From Parasitella parasitica NRRL 2501 (Eukaryota; Fungi; Mucoromycota), in the NCBI GenBank assembly GCA_025201805.1, contig MU619257.1, positions 74,615 to 138,614 on the forward strand: a stretch of DNA of 64,000 bases, read 5' to 3'. How positions within the stretch are numbered: the first letter of the stretch is position 1; each line of letters begins with the position of its first letter. The notes under the pieces are model-generated. The model was not told the DNA's origin. It made no database searches and saw only the letters and a list, made by a program, of their open reading frames with translations. The translations under genes and the position numbers were made by a program. Of the stretch, positions 26,997 through 37,911 are shown piece by piece.

Positions 26997-29900
26997 ATGG
27001 CACACCAAAGTGTCCTCGACGATTCCTTTTATAACTCGCTGGCGTTTGGAAAGTTGCTAGTCGATGACTATTACAGCAACATAAACCAAACAGACAATAG
27101 CACAGTATACATCACGCCCAGATACAACACAACAGACAGAATCGAGCTTAAAGTAAATGATATGCCATGGCTGTTAAAAGCTGTGTATACTCACTCTCTA
27201 AAACCACAGATTGGCGTCTTGCTGCCCTTTACCCAAAAGGATGATAACCTAACAGCGCAGATTGTTTGGGGGTAATACAATATTCACATTTCATGCAGAT
27301 TAAATACGAGACTAACACGCCTCAAGTGGAGCTTCGGCAATTCGAATGGCCGTCAACGATATCAACAGTAGACAAGTGATACCTGGTGCCTACATTACGC
27401 TGATTGAAAAGGACTCGTTTCCTGATCCATCGCTTGATCAGATGTCTGTTACAAATGCAGTGTATGCGTCGGTTACGCTGCTCCAGGAAGGCGTCATTGG
27501 TGTGATTGGCGATATCTCCAGCTCTTGGACTTCGCTCAGTGCTCTCATGACCTCGACATTGGATATCCCTCAATGCTCATTCACTGCCAACGCGGTCGCC
27601 TTCTCTGATAAAACCCAATACAAGTACTTTTTTAGAACCATCCCCACCCAAGTCATCATTGCCGACGCCATGCTTTCGTTTGCATCCAAGCAAGGCTGGG
27701 ACAAAGTGGGCGTGCTGTACACCGACGATCCGCTAGGCCAGCAATTCTACCAAAGAGCGTTGATCCAAGCAAGCGCCATGGACCTTCGTATCTTGCAGTA
27801 TCAAGCAATTGCAGCCACAATCGCCGCAGACGACATCACAAACGCATTGAGAAACATCACAAATGGCGGCGCACGCATCATCATGGTTGCTGCAACTGCA
27901 ACTCCACAGAGCCAGATCATGCTAATGGCGCATGAAATGGGTCTTATTACCAGCGAGTATGTGTGGTTGATGATGGGCGACACCACCGAAGAATTGCAGA
28001 CCGCAGTGGATAGTTACAATCAGAACCACACCATGAAACAAATTGATTTTGCAGCCGATTACCAAGGCCTCTTTTTGTTTGATAACTGGCTGTCCTTGGA
28101 CGGCTATCCCCCGTTCGAAAGCTTTCTAGATCAGTGGGCAATGCTGAACCCTCAGGCCTACCCGTACGCTGGCCGTAGAAACATCTCGTCCTATGAGGGG
28201 TATAAAAACGAATACACACTGATAAGGAATACAAAGAAATTAACACTGTCTATAGCTTAGCATACTCATGCATGATGATTATGGCTGAGGGCTTTGGAAA
28301 ACTGATCAATGATAGCCCAAACAAAACGGAAGAGCTATTTAAGCTGTCTACGGGTCAATTGGGCGAGGAAATGCTGCCAAGCGCATTCAACACTGGCTAT
28401 GTTGGGCCTGAGGGACCGATGGTATACGATTCTAATGGTGATCTTACGACAGGGTAAAGTTTTATCCATGCCTCCTATTTCTTCAATTATTTCTAAATTT
28501 AAACACCCAGGAATTACTTGGTGTACAATCTGCAGCACGGCATCAAAAATGTGGTTGGCAAGAGCACTGGAGGTGTTCTTAACATGACGGCGCTGCCCAT
28601 GTTTTTTGATGGCACAAGTCAGGTAGAACAAAATAAATACAAAAATCTCCTTATCTCTCAACATAACACGGTTACAATAGCCCCCTCTTGACTCACCACC
28701 GAGCGTATCTTTGAACCCAGATATTAGCTCTCCTATTTCCCATGCCATATTGGCCTTGTCTTCTGCTGGCATTCTCTTCTCGCTCGTGTGTTTCTTTGTC
28801 GTCTTGCTCAACAGAAAACACGAAATATTCAAGGCATCAAGGTAATGTAGCATACATACTTGCACATACATGGCGTCATTCTGTATTCACACCCTCTTTT
28901 TCATATAAACAAGCCCCCTTTTTTGCTGTTTGGAGCTTGTCGGTTTTATTCTAACCTATGTTTCTGTTGTTATGATGATCGGCATCCCCTCAGAAGCCTC
29001 TTGTATTGTGGCACCTGTGACATTTAGCTTAGGCTTCTTACTAGTTTTAGGGTAAGGCAATGAATGAATTATCGTATGATTCAAGAAATATTAACACACA
29101 CACACACACACACCCCTGAAATCTGCCATTTAGAAACATGATTGCCAAAAACTACCGCATTTATCGGATATTCAACAATATCTTCATCACAAGAAATGTC
29201 ATCACAGATACGCACCTAATTCAAACGGTACTAGGCCTGGTTGGCATTGAGCTGGTCATTCTAGTTGTTGGCTTGATTGTGACAAAACCGTTGCCAACAA
29301 AGTCTCAAGTGTCCTTTTCGAGCCACTACTGGACCTGCGAGCCCCAAGGGAGCAACAAGGTTGTGTTTCTGGTTTTATCTACCATTTATGCAGCTTGTCT
29401 ATTGTTGTTTGCCACGTTCTTGGCCTACAAAACTCGTTTTGCTGGCAGACAGTACGCCAGATACAGCGAATGCAAGCAAATGGGTCTGTCCGTATAGTAA
29501 GTCCTTTTTTTTTTTTTTCGTAATACATTGCAATGTGACACTGACGCTTTTGTTGTTTAGTAATATTCTATTTTCTGCTCTGGTTGGATTTGCTGTCATT
29601 GTAAATCCCCTGGCTGATTTCTATACAAAATACTACATTGAAGTCATTTCCGTCCTATGGGCCACTAGCTTCTCATTGCTGATTCTATTCTTGCCCAAAT
29701 TGCAGGCATTTTACAGATTTAAAATCAAGGAAAGAAAGGAAGAGTTGGAGAAAATGCAACAGGAAAAATCCCACCACAGTGCTGCATCACAGCAAAATCG
29801 AAAAACCATTTTCTCGTTTCTTAAAGCATCCAATAACTCAAACTCGAATTTCTATGGTAACCACCATACTGATTCGCGCCACAATCAGATCGGTGGCATC

Positions 29901-30713
29901 AGTGAGCTCCTTAGCCTGGAGCAGATTTTGGCCTCAAATGACCCCGTATTGGACGACGATGATAATAGTTTGCGTAGACGTAAGCCGAGCGCAATTAGCA
30001 CTACAACTACAACAGACAAAGGCGGAAACAGTAATTTTATTGAAGTCCATGAAGGTGAAATGCCAATCAGAAAAGTGTTTCGCTACTTTCCCTTCCTGTC
30101 GCAATGGGAAATGCATCACATTATGGTGTTTCCATGGCTGGGTTACTTTTCACATTTTTCTGTAAGTGCAAAGAGTCATATACCATACATCTCTCTAACA
30201 CATCATACACAGAAACATGCCAAGAAGGGCACAGTCATGTCCTACCAACAAGCATCGATATTTTCAGCTAAACTTGAAGACTATGTCCTCAAGATTCACG
30301 GGCAAGGGTGGCACGACATGTACATTCAGCTACCGAACGTGAATGCATTAAATACATGGGAACAATGTTTCAATCAAAAGAAAGCAGATTATCTTGATTT
30401 TAGACGCAAACCAAACAACGACACAACAAGAGCGGCAGCGAACGGTGGAGAGGCCACGAATGACGGAGAACAAGAAGTCCTCCGCTCACTCGACATCAGT
30501 CAGCACCCTCACGATGATACAATGCTGTTGGAATCCACCATGTCTCAAGATTTATTACTGAGGAGAATGAGTGATCCTTCTGAAGAGGACATAAGTAACT
30601 CAAATACTGTTACAAATGTAACAGCTGCANNNNNNNNNNNNNNNNNNNNNNNNNNNNNNNNNNNNNNNNNNNNNNNNNNNNNNNAACACTACATTATTTA
30701 TTCAACAGTTTAA
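26997..30713 (+). CDS. Class C (GABA-B-like) GPCR: Venus flytrap domain + 7TM + C-terminal PH-like domain
   Basis: IGVLLPF...AIRMAVNDIN, GVIGDISSSWT, QCSF...FSDKTQYKYFFRTIP (ANF receptor). 7tm_3 motifs IFKASSPFFC, AKNYRIYRIF, AYKTR, ECKQMGLSVY, LFLPKL. About 9-10 introns. Both ends abut N gaps, so the true start and stop are uncertain. Confidence 0.9.
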
Positions 30714-31691
30714 TATATTCTATTTACATATACAGCACTTAAATATACAACAAAACAACTTTTATATCTATATCCATACATATTACATAATTCAATAAAC
30801 ATTGTTTCTAGTTTTTTTTTTATTATTGTACCATACAACCCGTTATATTTATTATCTAGTGTATTTATTATCATAGTAATTGCCTTCTAAATGGGGAGGG
30901 GCGTAAATAATTTGCCAATTTTCTAAATGATATTTATGTCGTAAAAATTAATTATAAATGTATGGACGGATGTAGGAAGCGAATAGAAAAGTTTCAATAA
31001 ATAATCTATTTTCTTTTGACAGGCATTCACAAAATATCAGTTGGGCATACAAACCATTTGCGACTTGCAAAATTTACTTATACACTAGTATTCCCAAGAA
31101 CACATCAGATTCACACTGCTAGAAATTGAAAACTTGGGCTAGTCGTTATTTTCAACAAAAATATCATTAAAGTCCAATGGCACACCTTTTACAAGCACAA
31201 CCGTAACAATCTATGTACCAAAGAAATTTCAAGGATGTTGACACTAGCTATGTCTATAAATTAGACGTTTGAAATTCCTCATTCAAAGAATTCTTCGGTT
31301 ACTCAGCAACAGCGACCCCCACATCAAAAAAAAATTACAATTTGTAAAATTTGACCTCAAGCGATTGTTCCACACACCATTTTAAAAGTCAGGATCAAAA
31401 AGATCTGATAAGATTGAGATCTAGTTTCAAGATAAAATCTGATAAGAGCATGGGTCACCATCGTTGTTATATAACTTTCATGTATTATTGTACAATTGTT
31501 TTATAAGCTTTATTATATAGCAGGAAAGAGAAAGAAAGGAGACGGGATAAAATTAAGAAAAAAAAAATAGAGTAAAATGCAAGTTTGTTGTTATATATAT
31601 ATGTGGTTTTTTTGTAAATAGTAAGGAAAGCCGAGAACGATGGATAGAGTAAGGGTATATTCATTGTTTTTTTTAAAAAAAAAAAAAGATT

Positions 31692-32132
31692 TTAAAAGAT
31701 ATCGTGTTTTTGAAAACTGTGCGGTGCATGCAAGTAAATGGGAGGTTTCTTTTTTCCTTGTTGTTCTCGTTGCTTTTGTTGATATATATGTTGATAAAGA
31801 GAATCTTCGTTGTTATTCAAATTAAAGGTAGGTGGCTCTCTAAACGATGGAGTAGGTGTCGATAACGGAGATAAAGAAGCTGTTGATGATGAGGAAGCTG
31901 TCAGGGTGGGAGATGCAGATGAACGAGGGAAATCTTTGAGTTCAGCATAGTCATAACCCAAGAGAGGATGGTGGTTTAGAGCATCGGACCTTAGGCAGTC
32001 TTCAGAACAATACAGAGAATTCTACAAGAGTACGAAATGAGTTGCTATCTACATTTTATACTGCATTAAAACACTTACAGAGTATGAGCTAATGGCATTA
32101 TCGCAATAAGTACACCAATTGAGATCACTCAT
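31692..32132 (-). CDS. Ecl1-family small zinc-binding protein
   Basis: MSDLNWCTYCDNAISSYS|NSLYCSEDCLRSD (CxxC...YCSxxCxxxD), then a Ser/Pro-rich tail. Intron 32078-32022. Confidence 0.8.
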
Positions 32133-32455
32133 GTTGTATTTGTATTAAAAAAGTTTTAATTTTGCGAGATAGGTAGAAAGAGAGAAAGATGGAGAGAGAG
32201 AGAAATAAATGAAAAAGTCATGTTATTTATAGCGAAATTTACTCGGGTCACTTGTCCCCTTAAGTCTGTGCCTCCCCTTTAATTTTTTCACGCCTAATGA
32301 TTAATGAGAAATGATTGGATTTCAATGACGGAACAGAGAGTTGATCTTACTAAAGGAGAACAAGAAGAAATTCACAGCCACTGGTCCAACACGTGCATAA
32401 TACAGCTTGAACAACAAATATCCCCAAAGTCTTTTTTTTTTTTTTTTTTTTTTTT

Positions 32456-34130
32456 TTATTCTAATTGCGACGAAGTAACCTCTAAAAAGTCTGTGTTTGC
32501 ATAGATATTCCTAGACTGTGAACGTGTTATTTACAAATGCATGAAAAACAAGTGGGCTTGTTGAATTACCATTTGCCAGATCTGCACGACATTATCTTCT
32601 GCTGCACTGGCCAATACCCATCTATCTGTAGGATTCCAACTAAAGTCAGAAATTCGGCTTGTATGACCGCTGTGAACAAACTGGATGCCAATAAAGTTAA
32701 GATTTAATCCATGGAGCATGCATGCGTGTTGTTTACCATAATTTCTGGTGGTCCATCTTCAGCGTCTTCTGGTGTCTGTTCTTGTCCAATATGTCGCAAA
32801 TCCCAAATAACAATTCTACGATCTGTACCTGCTGATGCTAAGATAGGGTCATCATGGGGACTCCAAGCAACTTGCGTGATTTCCCCCTCATGCAGTTCCA
32901 TCGAATGCAATTTTGTATCAATTTTACGAATATCAAATAAGCCAACGGTCTATGCAGTTGGTTAAAAATTTGGCTTCACAATCACACCATTCTTACACAC
33001 ACACACACACACACAATTTATACCTTGTCTGAACTGCCTGTTGCCAACATCCAGTCTTTATTAGGATGAAACGCTACAGAGTTAATTTCGCCTTGATGTG
33101 CTTGCACTCGCTGCATTGGTTTAGCAGGGTCACGACAATCCCAACTATAATAAAACCTTGTTAGCTGCCTGTTTCCTTGTTTGCCTTACAACACCCTTAC
33201 ATCATTAATTTCATATCGTCAGCTACAGATGCAAATAGAGAATCGTTGGCTGAATTCCAACTAACATCCTACATGCCATTGCATGCACCCAATCGGATAT
33301 GAGTTAGTATCATTATTACACTATTTGCACAATCAAGTTACTTGTTTACCTCCACACAACCCGTATGACCCTCATATCTATGATAGGGCTGTAATTCCCT
33401 ATCGCTATTTGGTGTAATACCAATATCCCTGAAATAGCATTAGATACAAGGTATAATAACTCCCTCCCCAAGGCACACTTACCAATGGCATATCAAATTG
33501 TCAAATCCAGCACTAAGCAAGTGGTTCTTTTTTGAAATATGAGGATTCCAAGCCAGACCATAACCCTCCATTTCATGACCTTTAAGTCGTAGCATGGGTT
33601 CACACGTTTCTGTTTGAGGTTTCGTTCGATCAAACACGAGAACATCGCCATCCCGTGTCTTTGTTGCAAATATGTCAGGTTGGTGAGGTTGGTAACGTGC
33701 CTTGTTCACTTCGCCTTGGTGGCAAATCCTTTGCGTTATGTACATCTTGGTCTTTTGCTCTTCTGGCGTATCCAATCCTTTTTCTGGGATGTCAATGTCT
33801 AGATATTGCGCATAGTTGTCTTCTTCGTCGTTTGTGTGTGTTCCAATCAACAGTTCTTGTGTGATAAAACCGTTTTCACTGCTGAGTAGGTTAACCGACG
33901 ATGATGTCTACACATAAAAAAAAAAATACTTACACGCTTCTTTTAGGGAGCCATTGGCAGGTCAGAGTGGGCCATGTAAGGTTATGCGTAATTACCATGT
34001 CATACAAGACGGGTGCTGTCTTTTTCCATTGAGCGTAATCCTCCAAGATGCGCTTTTTCTCGTCTTCGTTATTGTTTACTATATGAGTGTGTGGGGGTTG
34101 GTAATCTATTTGTTTGCTATACCTATTCAT
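32456..34130 (-). CDS. RBBP4/Hat2/Msi1-family histone-binding WD40 protein
   Basis: [63 protein letters not shown]|[17 protein letters not shown]. Seven introns. Confidence 0.92.
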
Positions 34131-34784
34131 GTGTACCTTGTTCTGACATTCTACACCCAAAAGCTCTTATGGGATTAGAGGGGGGAATAAACAAAACTTC
34201 GAATCAGAAACGCGCTCTCTTTAGCAAACAATGGGCAAAAGAGTCACGAGCTTTGGTTGCATGGCAACGCAACACTATACTTGAACACTTTGAACAACAT
34301 GTATACTGAATGTGTCGTTTCCATCGCATCAAATAAGCCTCGAAATCTGTACATAGTCTATCTAGAGCTCACTGTAGCAATCGGGTACTTATGTCTGACA
34401 GCTGGCCCCCAACATTCAACTACACTACACCAAACGCATGAATTAGGAAAACTATATGTCTCACCATGTTCATGCTCTCGAAGCCGCATTTTGATGAAAA
34501 AAAAAAATGGATGGGCAATAGACTTTTAGCCGCCTTTCTTTAATACTCTATCAATATTGCAAGGGAATTTAGAATGATCTCGTTCAATAGCAGAGTGTAC
34601 GTATGCAAGGAATATCCATTTTGACAATGATGATCGAGAACATCTTTTTAATTTCGTTTATTTATAAAAAAAAAAATTAGAAATTTACATACATTTATAC
34701 GTTTATACGTTTATACATGTATACATTGGTGTATACAATGGTTCAATATTTTTCTTCTTCTTCTTCTTCTTTATGCCATGTTTG

Positions 34785-36625
34785 CTAGAGATAGTGCTTC
34801 GTAATGTACTCTTTGGTCTTTTTCAGATTCTCTTCAGAGTCGGTGATCCAGGATTCCATAGTTCTCAGGCCCTCTGCTTCATAATCCTCTTTATAGTTGA
34901 CGAGTGGTGGGTATTCCTTTTCGTCTTTAGAAAGTTCTCGCGCATGATGATTCAACCAAATCACGAATGGCTCTCTTCTACGTCTATCTCCATTAAAAAG
35001 CTCTTGAGGGTCAATACCATCATCGTGCTCAGCAGCATATTTGAGCATAAGGTTTGTATTCGGTAAAAGGGCAGCGCTAGACCAGACACGAGCGACAGCC
35101 CGAGCTTGTGTGTCAAATTGTGAAATGGTGCTAAAGAACGGAGGCTGGCCCACAAAGGTCAAGGTAGGATCGCTCATTAAAAAGGCCTCACGGTACACGT
35201 TTAACGGGAATTGAGGGCCAAGCACAACATGACTATCAGGTACATTGTCGTAAATCGGTCGAGGCGGAACATACCTGACATCAGATTGCTCTTTGGGAAT
35301 GACAAGGTCGCCCAAAAATGGTAGGCGACTAATAAACCCTGTGCAAAAGATGACTTGATCAATGTTATCAAGCGCTGTGCCGTCTTCAAACACAACAGAC
35401 CCATCGATTTCTCCTGCAGCATTGGAAAAGGATTTGATTTCAGGCTTGATACTCACAGACTTGGGGATTAATGAGCGTAGCAATTGATAGATTTTGAGTG
35501 GAGACTCAAAGGGAGCTTTGATAGATATGCTGATTGATTTGGCAAACCCCTCTAAAGATCTGACGATATCCACAGCAGATATACTGCCGCCAACAACAAC
35601 CACACACTATGTTTCCGTAACTGTCAGGCGATGGTGTATACGTGTTAAGCTAACAGCATATATATATACAATACCTTGTCTTTGTATTCTTCGGGTTTTC
35701 TATACTGTATAGAATGCGATACCTTGTCGGGATAAATCTTGCTGTACGCAGTAAGGTCCTTGATGTCAGGCACAAAGGGATCTTGATACTGACCAGTAGC
35801 TACGACAACAGCATCAAACGTTTCCTTCCAGCGACTCTCATGCACTATCCCACTTGTGCATACAGCGTATTTGCTTACGCTTAAATGCCAAGTTTGGTCC
35901 TCTTGGTTCTTAGTGACCAAATCAACACTAGTATCAAATTCCATCAACTGCATCAAATCAAACGCGTCGGCATAGGCTTCCAGATACTCTGAAATGCGCT
36001 GGTGAGGGATCCAACACTTTGTATTTTCGGGATACGGAAAGTCAGGTATTGCCATCAGATGAGTGGCAGTGTTGTTATACAAGTCTCTGTAGCATGCTGA
36101 TGGAGGCTTCTTTGTGAGCAGTAGGTTTTGTATTTCCGGCGTCATCTCAAAAAGCCTCGTTTGAGGATTGTCTATAGTTGCTGATATGTCTTTTGCTGCA
36201 GGATCTACCTGTCGTCCAACAGGGGAGCTTGGCATCTTGGGTTTCAGCTGAGGTCTCTCTGAGTAAAGCCTACGTGTGGCAGAATCAGTATTCTACATGG
36301 TCTCTGTAAAACGCATCTTGATGCTTACCAGATGCCACCAACAGTGGAATTTCTATCAAAGACCCGAACAGTAAATCCTGCCTCCTTCAGATGCCTTGCT
36401 GATACCAACTAGGAAGAAACATATACAGTTGAGTCATTCAAAATACTGTGGGTTTATCTGTCAACTCACGCCAGAATGACCAGCACCGATAACTGCCACC
36501 TTTTTTATACGTGTTTTGAAAATATACGGATCTTTCAATGCTTCGTTTGCTTCTTCCAAGCTCCTTTTGACAATATCTTCAAAGGAGATTTGGGCTAAAG
36601 TGTCCTCATTGTCCGGCTTTGACAT
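34785..36625 (-). CDS. Flavin-containing monooxygenase (Fmo1-like)
   Basis: VAVIGAGHSG (FAD), FDAVVVATG, HSIQYRKPEEYKDK, VVVGGSISAVD (NADPH), VIFCTGF. Three introns. Confidence 0.93.
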
Positions 36626-37911
36626 TCTTTCTTTGAACAATAGAGAGAGAGAAAGAAAAGCCGAAATTAAGCAAGAAAGCAACTGCTGTCTAAATATGCA
36701 TCTCTGCAGGAACAAACTGGAAAAGCTACCAAGCAACTCATCACGTGTAATTATGGTAGTAAGAGAGTCATCGAGCTTTTGGCAAATGCCATATGATTGA
36801 TTTTGCCTTGTAATCAGCGATATATAAATGCCGCAACATGTTGGTTATGAGTATTGATTGGAAGATACGACCAGCACTATTTGTGCACGCTGAGTATAGC
36901 TAAATATCTACGTTAATCTGTACAAATTTCAGTGTAACTTTCATAAACACACTGCTGTTGTTGGGAAGCTTTTGGAAAAAAAAAAAAAAAAAAAAAAAAA
37001 AAAACAAGGTGCGTAACGTATACAAGGATACGACACGGATGATTTCAGAAGAAGCTTATTCTTGAAAGCATTTTTTAAAAAAGCGAGCACTAGGACGACA
37101 TGTGTTGGGTTTACTTTAACAGTGTGTTTCCCCCCCCCCCAATAATTGCACAAAAAATGGTATGATTCCAGGATTGCATCAGATCATTTTGGCCAAAATA
37201 CTGCCAAATAAAAAAAAACACGAGTACAAACAGAACAAAATCGAAATTTACGGAAAAAGGTCTCTGTTCTTTTGGGGCTGGGAGATCACAACTTGTATAT
37301 AATCTTTCCACCCAGCAGCACCCTAATCGCTCCAATCATCCATTATGGGGTAACAATCAGATATATAAATATCGCCTCAAAGTAGAGTTTTCCGTGGGAA
37401 GAATAGTTGCTGTTGTATACGTTTCTGCCCAGATTTCAGCAAATAAGCAGTTGTTTATGAACCGTTAAAAACGAACCAAGATATGGGAAAATTGTATATT
37501 GACGTTTCGAATTGTCTGTCGATGAGATAAATGGAGGCGGGTTAGACGCTGAACGTCCGTGTCTTTTCTAACTCTTTGTGGTGCCCTCTGCAGGATGTAA
37601 ACCGTGTCTGTCGCAAACAAGATGCAACACCACAATGACAGCGCATGGATCAAGTCGACGGAGGCCCGCAGTATACCGTGTGCTGTGAGAGTTTTGTCAT
37701 GCGGATCGTTAGAGTTTAATACCCAGCTATCAATGGAACATTCCTTTGATTTACCATGATTTTCTGTTTGTGTGCTATGGATATTATATCATAAACAGCC
37801 ACCACCAAAAAACTAGAAGAGGGTCAGCTGAAACAGCTAATTTCGTATAAAACCAACCTCGTTTTTTTCTTTCCCTCCTTTGTTTTCTCTTTCAATTATA
37901 AACTTTTTACC

